DNA of 64,000 bases from assembly GCF_026210795.1 (NCBI RefSeq), contig NC_089434.1, forward strand, positions 5,394,001 through 5,458,000. The letters run 5' to 3'. This DNA is from Rhizophagus irregularis (taxonomy: Eukaryota). The notes under the pieces are model-generated. The model saw only the letters and a list, made by a program, of their open reading frames with translations. It did no database searches and was not told where the DNA came from. The translations under genes and the position numbers were made by a program. Positions within the stretch are counted from its first letter, which is position 1. Each line of letters opens with the position of its first letter. Below, piece after piece: positions 26,897-42,759 of the stretch.

Positions 26897-29800
26897 AAAA
26901 AGTAAAAAAGCAAAAAGGCAAAAAGGCAAAAAGGCACAATAATAGGGCCGGCTTATTAAATAATATTATTTATGGATTTACAGTTTGAAGTTTGAAAGGC
27001 TGAAAAGCACCAACCAATTCATTTAATTTATTTATTGTCTATTTATTTAAAGAAATTAAAAATAAATTTATCCTTGAGACAAATAATTTATATAAACGAA
27101 TTTTTTCATGTTTATTAGATTATTAAGCGATCGTCAACAGGAAAAGGAATTTAATTAAAAAAATAAAACGTAATTTTTTTTTAGAGGTGTATGTATCTGA
27201 CTTATCCCGTGCATCTATTTTTGGACAATAATTTTTCATGTTTAATATCACGAACATCATGCGATAATTTTTTTTTTTTAATTTTAAAAAAATCTCGTCT
27301 AATTTTTCATGTTCAATTAAATATCATGTGATAATTTTTATACTAAGGAAAAAAAAATTAGAAAATTAATTTTTATTAAATCGTCTGTCCTGGCTTGGTC
27401 GGAGTCCAAGGATGATTTTCTTTTTATTTCCTTTAAAGGTCCGCTCCAGGGATTTTATATTGTTGGTTTGGACGAAGTTTTATAATGGTTTCCGATACTT
27501 TTATTCGTTATGTGATTTTCATTGTAATTCTCCTTACATAATAAATAAATAAATAAATAAAATAGTTTTATTAACACCATAACGAATTTTGAAACTAAAA
27601 CCTGTATGTAACTACATTTTCTAACGGCATATTTTATTACATTTTTTACATTATCACGTAAAATTTGGACGGGACAATACCAGCGTAATTAAGAATTTTC
27701 AGTTCGTACGATATTTGAAGATTAAACAAATTTTTATTAAAAAAAAAAAGAAATCTATAAAATAAATGAATACACGAAATAAAATGAAATAACAATATAT
27801 TAAAAATTCATGATTCTGTCAAAATAAATGAATACACAAAAGATAAAACAACTATGATTTTAATGGACACACGAGAGATAAAACAACCATGATTTGATCA
27901 GAATTCATGACTTTTCCAAAATGCATGAATATATATATCAATTAATCTAATAATAAGAAATTTCTTGCTCTAATAAAAGAAAGGAAAAGAAAAGAAAAAA
28001 ATAATATAAAAAAGAAATAGAATAAATCCTATCATGTTATTCATATTAAATACTATCGCCTTCAAGATCAATAAACCTCCCGGCAATATCTTGAAGACAA
28101 TCTTGTTGTGTTGTGTTCAACAACCATCCCTCGTTGTGACCCTATAAGGCTCGGGACGCGAGTTTTACGGTATAACGTAACTCGCGAGTTATCCATTAGG
28201 TATCTTTCGTGACTCGCGAGTTTTCGAACGTCCACCTAATATATTTGTAGTCTTGCAGTGGCTCGCGGGGTTTCCGAAAGCCCACTTATATTTGTAGTCT
28301 TGCAGTGAGATGGTGTAATCATTTTGACATTTTGATTTTTTAACAAACCAAATTTGGTTATAATTTAAACCAAAAGAATTGATTTGTGGTACTTGATTGA
28401 TTTGAAGTTTATAAAATAACGATGTTTTAAAACCAATTTGTTTTAAAAGCATTTTTCCTTCGCATTTTAAAACGGTGATTCTGATTTTGAGGTATAGAGT
28501 AATTTTTGAAATTTGAAAAAAGTGAAAAGTGGGCATTTAAATGGGCATATTTAAAAAAGTAAACAGATTTTGTCGCGAAATTTAAAAAATTTAAAAGGAA
28601 CATATTAAACGTGAATATGGCTGTAATGACCATATGGTTTTATCCGTACTAGGTGACTAGGAACCTTTAATATTTCTACATTTAGTAATTTTGATAATGA
28701 TCGATAACAATTTTGCCGGGTCAATCATGCTTGGCATATGTATATGCTATTAAATCTTGTTTGGTCTTGTTAATACTTGATATTAAATCAATAATTTTAT
28801 TTTTATCAATCAACGGACTGAGTTAAAGCGAATTAAGCCGTAAAAAGCAACTTTGCATTAATAAATTGATCGACTGTGATGGGAATTTTAAGCTATATAC
28901 CTGTATATTTCGGAAAGCATTTCGGAAAGCCAAACTGTATTACCGAAAAAATGTGATACTACATGGACATGGATAAAAGTACCGCATTAAAGAAAAAGTA
29001 TATAATACTATAGCATACATATTATCATACATATATACAGGAAGGTTGTACAGTACCATTTTATTGCTTCGGAAACTCTTAAAGAAAATGAGTTTTTAAC
29101 AGATGATTAATTTATACGTATTCTCTTATCAAACTAGATAAAAATTTCCAATATTTTTTTTTTCCAATATTTTTTTGAAAGACGATAAACTAACCCTAAT
29201 GACAATTTTTTTTTCCAATATTTTTTTGAAAAAAAAAAACTTCTCCCATAATAGACGATAAACTAACCCTAATGCAGAGGGATGCAATAAAAGTTGACAA
29301 TGGACTTTTTTGAAACCAAAGAAGAGTTATTAATTATAACTAATCACCTTTTAATGCTACATCTTTTTTTATAACATTCAAACCAAAAAAATTGTATATC
29401 AATTGTTTCGATTATTACACAATTTATTTATTTAATAAACCTGTAATTTAGCCAGTGTATCACATAACCCGAAACTATAAAGAAACTTAAACTTTAATTA
29501 TACTGTATTACGATTTTGGTGCATCTTGTAACGAAGTACTAAAAAAAAAATAATTTTTTTTTTAACAATCAGAGAAAAATAAAAACAAGAATGATTTCAA
29601 GAATTTTTTTTTTAAAAAAAAAATAATAATAAATTTTTCGCAATGACCCCAAATTTATTTTTTATTTTTTTTTTAAAAAAAAGTCTATTTTATTTTTAAA
29701 TTTAATAAAATATTATTTATAATAAAACTATAATTTTTTTTAAATTTAACCGATTCTGGCGTTAAGTTTGATTTTTTTTGTTGAAAAAGAAAACAATATT

Positions 29801-32800
29801 AATTATTTATTATTAATACTGCATTTAATAAATTAATTTAATTTTTTTTTTGTTTTTTTTCTTTGTTAAGCAAATATGTTCGCTCTATAATTACAATTGA
29901 CTTGTACGAGTAATTCTTTGTAAAATTATTTAAATTATTTATTTATTTGTTTATTTTTGTAATTTTTAATTTATCCATTTAATAATTATTATTAGTAAAT
30001 ACAATTTGGTGAAATATTTACCAAAGGATCAAGATCATGATACGATGGTCGGCCGATATTTAGCGAAAAGAATAAATTTATTAATAATAAGATGTATTTG
30101 TTAATTTGTTAATACTTACCTTGGCGTTGGCTAACTTACCTTGTTGCTGGCTGACTTATTCGATAAAGAAAATTCTCTCAACACATGCATATTGTTCATG
30201 TGGTGTTTATTTAAATTTGAATTATAGACATTCATTGAATAACCAAATATGATAGATTGATACAGGGTTTTGTCACAGAGTGACATTACACAAGATATCA
30301 GGAATATAAGATACTATATTGGTTCCCCTGCAACTTGAAATCTTAAAATCGGAAAATTTTATTATGATTTACTATGATCTGCAAAGGATCTTGATATGGT
30401 TTAGTAAATTCTTTGTAAAAAGAAAAAAAGAATTTATCAGCCACTAATATTTGATTTTCTTTTTAAAATCTTAAAATCGTAAGATAATATCATTCATTGT
30501 ATTCCGTGGCACAGTATCTATAATGAGTTGTTGTGTTTACGGTATTTATTAAAAATTTATTAACATAAAAGTTCATATGATACTCGCATATGTGAACAAC
30601 CTTATTTTCTTTTGATTTTTGAATGGGTACTTAGATATCTAGTTTTCAACTTGTTTTACTTTCGCGAATGTTTCATGCATATACAGTATTTAATAATTAC
30701 CTCTTTATTAATTTTCATTTAATAATAAAAGTCTTCTTCTGTACCAAACCTGTATTATTCATAATATATTACGCCGTCATGTTGTTTTATATCATAATTA
30801 ACGCCACCAGTGCGCGATTTCTCTATTTGTTTAAGTAGAAATTTTATTTTCGTATTTACTTTACCTTTTTTTAAAAAAAGTTTGTAGGTATTACCGCATC
30901 TTCAATGAACTCATGCACGCGTTTGTTCTTCTTTATCCCTTGACTTTGTTATATGTATGTATCTCCTTATCTCCTTATCTCCTTATTCGTTTCATACAAC
31001 TTTTTTGTTACTGCGCAAATTTCAGTTATTATAAAAAGCTGTCATTTAAGTCTCGAGAAATTCTTTATTATTATGAGATTTCACTAAAAAAACGAAAATT
31101 CATTAAATTCGTCATTCGTTTAAGATTGTTACATATATTTATGATATAATATGCTTTTTCCCTTCTTTATTTAAAAAAAAATACAAAAAAAAAAAAAAAA
31201 ATTATTTGAATGAATTGAAGTGAAAAACATGAAATGATAAATAAAAACCAAAAAAAAAAAACTTATTTGAAATCGGTTAGTTTTTAAATTTATAACTCAT
31301 GAAAATAAAAAATATCACATATTAATCTTTTTTATTTTATTTTATTTTATTTTATTTTATTTTTTTGTGCAAAATAGAAATTTCGTCGAAAACGAATATG
31401 ATTGTTCGAAAAGCTTACTTGAAGACATTCTCGCGATCTTAATTATTTTTTTTTTCTTAATCTATTAATTTTTTCTTGTTATACAACTACTACACTCACC
31501 TTCCTTTTCGTTATAATGTTCCCCGTTTATTTGTTTTTAATTAATGGATAATCTAAATCTTTATGTTTTTTTTCCCTTTATTAACCGATCCTTTTTTTTT
31601 TTATTTCTTTCTTTCCTTCTATTTTCATATTTTGTTATTTCCAAATTTTAACTTTTTCTTTTTTATTTATTATTTTCATCCATCATCTATTCCATCGTAT
31701 TAAATAAATTTTTTATTGGGCTACGTACATCTTCCAGTTTCACGTGAAAAGTACCTAATATACTAACATAAACATTTTTTTTTAGGAAAAAATTGTATTT
31801 TCAGGGACATTTCCCGGAATTCTTTTTTCATAAATGTTTGCAATGTTATATGCTTAATTCAAGAATGTTGCAGCTTGTAAATTTTTGCATCGACACTAAA
31901 AAAATTTAACAACCTTAATCGTTGTTGTACTAAATATAATCTTTACGTTAATTATGTAATAACGATAATTTTTTTTGTCTATTGTATCCAAGTATAATTT
32001 ATTAATAATAATATTTAATTAAATTGATATTATCACGGCCTCCGTCCCAAGGTGGTTCTAAAGGGCATTTAAAAATTTTAAATCAACCAATAGCGTAAAT
32101 TCATATAATGTCGTAAAAGAATGGTCAATTTAATACTTTTTTTGGTATAATTTGGCTAAGTTTGATAATTGATATATCAAATTGTCAATATTTTCAATAT
32201 ATAAATTTTTTAAAAAATGGCCGAAAGGATTTTCTATTAAAATTTTGAAATTAAAACGTCAGAAACTCCGTTTGTCACGTGATATATACCCAATCATCTA
32301 ATTCTAATTGGAGTAATGAATTTATCACGTGCCAGTCATGTACAATTACATAATCCAATTATCTTTTATGTGACTATTTAATTGTAATTATTTCTAAAAA
32401 AAAAAGAACTTTCTTTATTCATATCCAAAAACTTTTTTGAAAAATATTTTATTTTTTCTTTTAATAAACTTCTTTATTTTATTAATTTTCTTTAATTAAC
32501 TTTTTATTTTATTAATTTTTATTTTCTTCCAAAATATATTTCTCCTAAGTAGTTAATAAACCTTATCAATAAAAATGGAAAAATAAACTTATTATTAACA
32601 AGTTAACAAGGATTTTATTTGTTTTTTACAATAAAACATCTTATTAGATAATTTTTTTAATATTGAATATAATATCTAAAAATACCTTTACAATATAAAC
32701 AACTTTCACAATAACATTATTTCAAAATCCATATTTATATATTAAAATTATTAGTGAAAAATTATCTTTATAACTTTTACAGAAAAATTTATTTAAAAAA

Positions 32801-33160
32801 TAATAATTTCTTGAACACAAAAAAGTTTTATTGCAAATACTCATTTATATTCTTAAAAAATTTAAAATTGATTTTTGTTTGTTTCATAAATTTAAAATTT
32901 TAGAATTAATAGCCAGTATTTTTATTTAATAATTTTATATATTTGTAAAGTAAAATAGTAATTCCAATTTTTGAAATTTTTTTTTTTTAAATAATCAGTT
33001 AATTATTAAGGGGTTTGTTTTTTATTACACTTGCATTATATTGCACTTCTATAATATGTTACATATAAGAGTCAAAAATGATATTCTAAATCCTTTTTGG
33101 TATATTAAGAAACTTATAAACAGTCAAAAATATATATAATATAAGATTTTTTATAATATA

Positions 33161-33322
33161 CAGTCAAACCTAACCCTTGATATAGTGAATTTTTCAGACA
33201 ACTATAATAAATTTCCCTTTGCTATAACGAATTAACCAATCAAATCTCTTAAAATCTTTACTATAGTCTTATAGTGAAGTTGAGATCTGGATCCTAAGGT
33301 TCGTTATAACAAGGGTTGACTG
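33161..33322. mobile_element. pogo/Tc1-type MITE (degenerate)
   Basis: TA|CAGTCAAACCTAACCCTTGATATAGTGAA ... TTCGTTATAACAAGGGTTGACTG. It has the same internal TATAACGAA motifs as the element at 62134. Confidence 0.7.
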
Positions 33323-36253
33323 TGTAGTAAATGCATAATAAAGTCTCATGCCAGTATTTTTTAAAAAATAAAAAATCTTAACAAAGTCATATAATTAAAA
33401 TGATTGATATAATTAATATATAAAAATTAGTACTAATAAAAAAATGAAATATAACATATCGCAGTTGTGGAAAAAAATATATTCCAATTATTAATATTAA
33501 CAAAATTTTTTTATAAATTTTTTGAACCAATGTTTTAATATTATATTACTTTATATTGAATAAATTTTAAAATAAAATTATTAGTTAAAAATTTTAAAAA
33601 ATAAAAATTTCTTAATATTTTTTTAATGTTTTGATTTATATTCTTAAAAAATTTAATAAATTTTAGTATAAATTAAAAATATAAAATATATTAAAATTAT
33701 TAGTAAAAATTAATTTTATAATTTTTAATGTTTTTTTTAATGATTTGATTTATATTTTTAAAAAACTTAATATTATATATTTATATTAAACAAATTTTAA
33801 TATAAATTAAAAATACAAAATGTATTAAAATTATTAGTAAAAATTAATTTTATTACTTTTTACAGTTAAAAAATAAAAATTTCTTTAATTCTATCATTAA
33901 AATTAATGAAATAAATACTTTATTTTGTCATTAAAAATATTATTATTCTAATTACTTCAGTTATCAATTTTATTAATTGCTAATTTTTTAATTTCTAATT
34001 CTATATATATCAATACTAATTTTTTACTTTTCAATTTTTAATTATAATAATCTTTATACAAACTAAATGATCATAAAATGATGATTTAATACAGTTTAAT
34101 AAAAAAAATTGTAAAATTTAAATATTAATAATTTTTATCTTACTTTTTTTTTAAATTCTATAGGTTAATTAATTAAAAAGGAAAGATCATAATATAATAT
34201 AAAATTTCTTTTTATAGTAAGATCTGTAAAGAATTTTATATATGATTTTTATATAAATCATATAAATAAATTTTAATTTTCCATATTTTAAATTTTATAA
34301 GAAGCATATTAAATATTTAAATAAAAGTTAAAGTTTTTTTAATAAAAATTTTAAGCTAATTTGACTAAAAATTAATAAACTTATTTATAAAAAAGATGAC
34401 AGATTTTATATAATTTTCCATATTTTAAATCTTATAAGAATCATATTAAATATTTGACCTAATGTCAAAATTTTTTTAATAAACATTTCAAGTTAATTTT
34501 AAAAAATGACAAATTTTATATAATTTTCCATATTTTTTGAGTTATAAGCAAATTTGTAAAATTTTAAGCTTTGTAATATTATATTAATATATTAAATATA
34601 TAGATAAATAGAACCAATGTTAAAGTTTCTTCAAGAAATTTGAAAAATTTATAAACTTGCCTATGTCAGATTTCATTGATCTTCACCTTTTACTTCCCAT
34701 TATAGGCAGATCGGCAATTAAATGAAATTAAAGATATTTATAATTTTAATTTTTATTTCAATATTTACGTAAATGCTATTTAAAATTTTTCTTCGTTTAT
34801 CTTATGATTTACGTATGATTGACTTTGTGATACTGATACATTACATATTAATTGATTCCTAGAAAAATTTTTTAATTGTATCCAAAAACGTTTAAAGTTC
34901 TTTAGGTTTATTACTGTATCACCAATGTATCACAAATGTTAAACCTCCAACTAAAGATACATTGAACGTGTACACTATAATAATATTGGCGCTCAGAAAA
35001 TATAATGAATTTTATAAATTGTGTCTGAAAAAGTAAAACAAAAGATAAGAATTTTAACAAAATGGATTGATTAAAAATTTTATTTTTATCATGAAACACT
35101 AAATGCGTCCCACTGAGATGACAATGGGCAATGGCGCATAAGAACCTAATCCAATATAATCCTTTTTAGCTTAAATGAACTTTAATCATTTGTAACGGAT
35201 TTAACACCAATCCAGTCATATTCAAATAATCTATAACTATTTAATATTGTTCTTACCTATTTATTAGTCACAATATATTTGCTCAAATATATCTTAGTTT
35301 TAAAGTCGTAACGCGTTCCTAATTATGATCATGTTACACATCATTGTATCTAAATTTGTAAATCATTTATTCCAATTGTTTCAAATTATTCCATTTTGAC
35401 CTGTTATGGATTTAATTTTATTAATGTTTATAGAAAATCTGGTCCAATCAAATCACAATGATAATTCAATATAAACGAAAATCAAAAGAAACTTGGATCA
35501 ATTATACCGTAACCGAAGAAGTTTATTGTTTTTAAAAAAAAAGTTCAAATGGTGTTTCATCGCTCTAACCATTCTTTTCAAAGCTGAATAATTGAAAATT
35601 TATAAGCAAATATTGTTCTACCGCCATCCAAATGGATCTAACGAAAATCGGATTCGGATGTACAATTGAAACATCAAATCAATGCGTTACAAAAAAATTG
35701 TAGATTAAATTTCTAATTTTAAAATACTTAACGTCGAGACTTTACTTTTTCCAGTTTAGGTCGACTAATTCGAAAACATCTATAAAATGACTATGATTTG
35801 GAGCTTTTTTCTTGAATTTATTTCTACTAGATGATTAAATATCAAAATATCCTTTCTATTAATTATTTACATTGATTAATTTTTCTCAAATAAATATACC
35901 ATTATTATTTATATTGATTCTTAAATAAATACCCTTATAAAAATCTTTATTGATTTACAGATGTCTCAATCTGTAGAATTAAAAGAGTTCTATCGACGAA
36001 AATTTAAATAAAATGATCGAAGAAATCATTAAATTTTCTCTTGATGAATTTCTAGAACAAACAGACCTCTTAACTCCTTTATGCTTGCTATATTGCAAAG
36101 ATCGCTCATTTGTAATAAAAGATAACCATGAGAAGATTTTAAATCTTTATTACAGATGTAGGAAAGAGAAGCAAAAAGTATGACCTATACGAATGGGAAC
36201 AGTCTGTCTCATGCTTTTATAGAATAACATTTGAACAAATATTTAAAATATAT

Positions 36254-36392
36254 TTATTTTTTATGAAATGATGATACTATTAGTTTTATTTTTTATGAAA
36301 TGATGATACTTTTATTTTTTATGAAATGATGATACTTTTATTTTTTATGAAATGATGATACCATTAGTTTTATTTTTTATGAATGATGATAC
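36254..36392 (+). repeat. Minisatellite (TTTTATTTTTTATGAAATGATGATAC)n
   Basis: Five 26-32-bp units. Confidence 0.9.
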
Positions 36393-39300
36393 CTAACTAT
36401 AAACAAAAATTTATCTATATAATATCTAGTATATTATATTTACTAGATCATAGCTAACAAATTCACTTTTATCTAATACCTTTATTTACTATTCTGATTA
36501 AAATATTTTGATTTAAACAAAATGGAATTTACCTCCATCTAATACTTTAGAAATCATAATTAGATAATAACGTATCATCTATAAAGTGTTATATTGAGTA
36601 TATTGAGTATCTTGAATCTTAGTATTTTCACTATTCTAAAGTTAGCTATATCGTTCAAATGATTGGATGAAAATGGGCTTACGTAGTGGCCATTTTCACC
36701 AATCAATAAAGGGCCCTGTGACCGAGTGTACGCAATATTATGAAAATTGAACGTCCACGTGAATTTCTCACATGAACGTCATCCAACGAATTTCAACTTT
36801 TAGTTTTATCTACGCTTTATTTAAACTTTTCCTATAAAATTTTCATTTACATCATATTTTTTTACTCCACTTTATTATATCATTGATGTGTATTATAATA
36901 GAAACATCGATCTATGAATGTCAATAAATGTTACTTAGTACTAAATCTAAAATGAACGGCACAAAAAAAGACATAAATTAGGAAATCATTTATAGACTAT
37001 TCGATATATTTCCTCTTTTACAATTTAGCAGATACTCAAATAGCTGTAGTTGCACGGTCATTAAGTTATTGCAATTTTCAATATGTCTATTTTTCTAGTA
37101 ACTATATAATAATACCAACATAAAAGTTATGTTTAAACCATTCAGAGACGATCATACATTTATTATTACATAAATTGTTAAATGAAATTGGTTTCACATT
37201 AATAAAAAAGAACTCTATAAAAATATTCTAAATAAAATGTATACAAAAATGTAGAATGATAAAGTGTAAAATTCAATTTTTTTGAGAATCTAGTCTATAT
37301 AATTTTTTCGCAAACAGGGATTATTCTTTTTTTCACATCTATGATTTTACATTCTTATATTTACTAAAAATTAAATTGTTAATTTCTTTTTCCAATATTT
37401 TCCCCCTTGTGCCTAGAATTCATAACTTTTCTTTCGATTAAAAGTTGTGCCATATCTTTTAGTCCAAACTGGTGATATGAGTAAAAAAATTCATGTAGTC
37501 AAACATTGGTATTCTTGTCTTGGATATTTACCCTTTCTTGAATTATTTCATCTAGTGCTATTCCTATATCTACTACTTAATGCAAACTTGACATAACATG
37601 CGGTTGTTATTTTAGGGAACTTCTTCAACTTTCCCTTTATTAGCAGTGCCATGCGATCTATCCTGTTCAAAAGTAATCTTAAGATAAGTCTTTGTCATTC
37701 TTCTCTTCTTTTTCCATATCTGATTACTTTTAACACTCGTCCTCTTCTTACACGGTCCTTTATATAATTAAAGAACTTTCTTCAACTCCCGTATTAATTC
37801 CCCACCGAGTTTAAAAAAATTTTATATAAACGGGCTGTACATTAATATTATTTTTGACTACTTTAGTAAAAAATTTCTCGAAATATCAGTTCTAAAATAA
37901 TTCTATTAGTCCTATTAATTAATCAAAAAAAAATCCGTATTTTTTTTCAAAAGGCAAGTACTCTCAACATTGAGTAGGATGCCTTTTTTTTGCATAAATC
38001 TGAGATCATCCCCGTTGTTATATCTTTATCCTTTTCTTTAGAATGCTGTTGCACCATATGTTTTCTAATTCATTTACTTAATTGATCGGTTGACAATTAT
38101 CCAGTTGCTCTGATGGCATTGTTTGTTTCATGACTTTAGATTCGAAGTATTCTTGAATCGATAATTCATCTATTATTTAAGAGTATCTTAATTACTGTTC
38201 CCGAGAGAACTGCTTCCTTTCTCAGCGCGTATAAACATTTGCTTCTAGGATTTATTTCTTTTATTTAATTGCGTACCCTTGATATTCCTGTACTTTACAT
38301 TATTATTACGCAAGTGATTACGCTGCATGCAATTAAACAAATTCTACATAAACAATATTGGTCTTTTGTAGAAAATTTTCAAGTTAAAGCATATTCTGTT
38401 AGATCGTGTCGTTTAGCACACTCTGCTGTTAAAAATCCTACTAGTTCTTTTTTTTTTGATGTCGTAAATCGAAAAATCCCATAATTGCAGATCAGTTCAA
38501 TAGCTTCGTTGGCTTTATCCTCCTTAAGCGCCATGACCATCTTTCTGAAGGTCGAATACTCAAGTACTCAATTGTTACGATCTGGCGGTTCATTGGATTA
38601 AAAATAATTACATCAGTCTACAAGAAAAAGAACAAAAACATGTTTATTAATAATGTACTTTTTAAGTAAATAAATAAATTAATTAAATAAAAATAATATA
38701 CATCATTTTTAAATGTTAGTTCCATTTCTCACTGAGCGATGCGGTGGCTGACTTCAAAATATTTCATCCGTTTTTTTTTTTTTTGAAAAAAAATTTCACG
38801 TCTTGAATTCTCGACATAAACTCAACTCAACTTAACAATTGCGCGTCGGTTTCTCCTATACTCCATGTTGTGTATCTAAAGCCTGTGTTTTAGCTCTTCA
38901 TATTCTCTATTGTCTCTTTTGATGTTGAGAAAGTACGCGTCATAATTGAGCGTTCTTGAGGGTTTGCATTTTCTATGATTATGTTGTGAATTATTTCCCT
39001 CCCCCCCTTTTCTACAGCCCTTACCAGTTTCGATCTCGATTGTTGATGTCTACCAGAAACCTGTTATCATATATCTCTACATCTGAAATAAAGGATTGTT
39101 CTTTTTTCTTAGTCATTTGCGGAAGTCCCCAATATGCCACCATTCTCTAAGATGAATGTCTTAAAATAGTAGAGTTTAGATCCGTATGAGTTATCCATAG
39201 ACATGTATCCATAATCTAAATTCAATATCCGCAATCCATGCAAAAATTAAGTCTGTTTAAAGAAAAAACTGACGGATATTTTTGTATCCATATTTTCATG

Positions 39301-41614
39301 TATAGAACGGTAATACAGATAACACGTATTATTCACTATTGAAGTTGGTAATGACCCTTATGTAAGGGTCTTTCGTGCGCATATGGTCATTTTATATTAT
39401 CGTTCTCCTCACAATATCAGATTATCAAATATTTCACTAAATATTAACAAAACTAATGCCTCCAGTTTCTAAAAGCAAAAAAAAATATATTAATCAGTAT
39501 TGTCATTCTTAAATATATCTCCTCCCCTATTTACCTAAAAGTCCGTTCCAAAAATCCAAAAATCCAAACTGTTATTCCATTTTACATTTTTTGTTTGTAA
39601 AAAAATTTCACAGACCATATGATGTCATTATGACGACATTGTCGGCCAATTAAATTATAATCACGTGATTTTGACAGCAGGTATGTTGGTAGATTGTCTA
39701 TTCGTAAAGATATGAAATTTCATGCTTCATACAACTTACTACAAGCATTAAAAATTACCACTATTTTTGTCAGTATCGGTTATGCTTTTATTATCGCTGT
39801 TTTCAATGAACAAAGTACTAAAGTATTAATGTTAAAAGAAGAGATCGAGGGATCGGAACATTCACTCTCAGAAAATATGTACATTGATCTTCGAACTTTA
39901 ATTATGTTAAATTTCGGTGATTTGTTTATACCATCTTTAAAAGTTACGACAAAGTTATCAGAAGGTAACCATAAAGATATAATGCAGTGCAAAAATATAA
40001 TATGACACAGGTAATTTTTTATAGAATATTATTCATTGAATTTCAATATTTACTTTTAGAGTATAATTAATGAAAGATAATTAAAAAAAAATTTGTTCAG
40101 ATACTGAATTCTATTAGAAGGAGTTGGAGATCAATCCGAAATTTTAAATTCTGGATTCGTACTTTTAAGATCACTCCCGCTAAAGTAATATTTGTATGAT
40201 TATTGCCATGATATAATGGATATCGCTGCATAAGACGCGGATGAGTGTCTTGTCCGTGTTAAATAGAGCTGCTGAGATTGTCTGAACTATCATGTAAATG
40301 TTAATTATTAGGTGAATAATTTATTTTTATTTGTTGAATTTTATTAATAATTTTTCATAAAATAGAAACTCAGGCTTAACAGTGATTATGATGGTCAATC
40401 AACATAGCAGAATTTCCATTCATCGATAAAATTAACTATTTATTACAATTACCCATTCATTACATTTCTATCATCATCATTATCTTATTCGGTAATAACG
40501 GTAGAGTATTTGTTCTTTTTCTTGATGTTTTACAATCGAATTGACATTATCACTTGCATCATTTACATAATATCATCATTTACATAATATCAGTACGAAA
40601 TCAAGAGGGGTTGATGGGCGAGAAGTATTATAACCGATAGGTTTGAAATTACGTGTTCATCGAAATTCTGATTTAAAGTTGATGAATATTTGAATTATAA
40701 TATTCGATCACACACGAAAAAAACATCAATTCATTATTTAAATACAAGATTCAAAGAATTGAACTGTATCTGTGTAAGTAAAATTCTTTTTTTTTCCAAA
40801 GAAAAACATATAGGTATTTTAAAAACATCACTAAAGTAATAATTGATTTATTTCAGTATTATGTTGGGTGAAGAATTCTTCACGAATCACAAATATGCAA
40901 CGATGATTTAGGTGGCAAAATTTTTTCAACACAAATTTTATAGCGTAATTTTAGCGCCTTAATTGGTTTTAATGGTTCAAATTTTTTTTTTAGTTTTTAG
41001 TTTGATCTCCCTTTAATAAGACTTATTAACGTTTTAGAGTATTATTGATAGTAACAACCTTTGAAATAGCAAGTAGTAAATAAAAAGAACATAAATTTTT
41101 TAATTATTTTTTTTTATAATTAGTGTAATTATAGCTGCTCATACTAGTTATCAGTGGTAAAAATTGAGATACTATATTAAGTTGTTATTTTGACAACTTA
41201 TTATTATTTACTATAGTCATGTTTGTCGTGTCATGACGCGTTGATGCGTTTTTACGCGTTTATTGGCGCGTGATCAAGCCTTTATCAGGTATTTAAACAA
41301 TTCGTTTTTTCTTTTTTACCCCTTTTCCCCCACCACTTTTTTGGCAGTCTCGCAACTTGTTTCATATCTTTTTACTACTACAAAAGAAATTCATAATTTG
41401 TTTCCGGTAGTTATTTTTCTCCTTTTATCATATATATTATATATATACATGTTCCAAAAGAAATTCGCAACTTGTTTTTGGCGGTTATTTTTCTTTTTTA
41501 CCACTCAAAAAGAAATTCACAACTTGCCTTTAACAGTTATTTTTCTCTTTTTACCAATCAAAAAGAAATTCTCTCGGCAGTTTTTCCTTTTTACCGCTAC
41601 GAAAGAAATACAAT

Positions 41615-42290
41615 TATGTCTACTCTTCGTCAACGCAATGCACTTAGAAAGCTCGTTAATCCCGGCCAATCTGATGAAGAATCTAATCAATCGGGCCAAT
41701 CTGGCCAATCTAGTCAATCTAACAAAAATAAAAGAAAAAAAATAAGTGCCAGAAAGAATGAAGTATTAGTACGTGTATTTTTTCCTTTTTTAAGCCAATT
41801 TATCGCCTTATCTTTATTAGTTTATCTTTCTTCAAATTGAATTAGGTTTATCTTCACCGCAAGTTCTTTCATCCAAAACCAGTATACGTAAAAGTAGACA
41901 AAAAAAAAGCAGCTGAAAGGAAAGAAGCTTTACTGGTGAGTCAAATTGGGAACCGAACACTTTAATTATTTACTCTAATATAATGATTTTATCTAAATAG
42001 AAAATTTTAGAAGAATTTCAAGAGCCCGAGGATAATAAATCAGAGAGAAAAAGCAAGGAGAATAAAGTATATTTACGGTCCTTTGATACCTTTCCCTATC
42101 CGGTTCCCCACAAAGGAAAAGGCAAAGATAATAAATTAAAATTACGATCTTCTGGTACCATTCCATATCCGGTTTCCTCCGAAGGAAAAGACAATGATTA
42201 TAAGATAGATTTATGGTCTTCTTCTAGTACTTCTAGTACCTTCCCTCGTCCGGTTTCCTTTAAAGGAAAAGGCGAAGATATAAATTAGAA
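41615..42290 (+). pseudogene. Decayed low-complexity spliced gene (likely transposon accessory ORF)
   Basis: MSTLRQRNALRKLVNPGQSDEESNQSGQSGQSSQSNKNKRKKISARKNEVL is followed by GT..AG introns, an exon with a stop, and a 3x repeated TFPYPVSxKGKGxD unit (42080-42280). Confidence 0.35.
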
Positions 42291-42759
42291 TTACTGTAGT
42301 TTAAAATTTTTTCTGACAAATTTTACTATATAATTCGCAGGGCGCGGTTTTATACTATCACGTGAAATTTATTTATACAGTTTACAGTAGGATTGGTACG
42401 ATATATATTCAAAGACAATTATACATTTTTGATTGATTTTTTTATTATTTGTATTTGAAAACGAAAATTTAAACATTTAATTAAAATTTAATTAAAATTA
42501 ATACAAATAAAGAATACGTCTGGAATGGAAACCATAATATTATATTAATATTATATTTGTACTAGTTGTAACTTGTTGCCTCGCAGGCTGTAATGCTGGC
42601 CGGTCTAAAGATGTTTGATGTATATTAAAAAATTTTATTTGTATATACCTAATATTTAACTGAATATACCGCTGTATATTAACTTGGGCCAATCCAATTT
42701 AACTACGTGTTTAACATAACCCCTTTCAAATTTAGAAAAAAAATCCATCTATTAACAAC

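Noticed and set aside
26661..26897. 78-aa hydrophobic ORF
   Set aside because: It is the translation of a T-rich minisatellite.
36254..36392. CRISPR-like regular repeats
   Set aside because: The units are contiguous without unique spacers, the context is eukaryotic and there are no cas genes. It is a minisatellite.
34900..40950. Coding-like fragments, including ORF 39694-40005
   Set aside because: They are too degraded by stops and frameshifts to assign a family by eye, and are probably pseudogene or TE relics.
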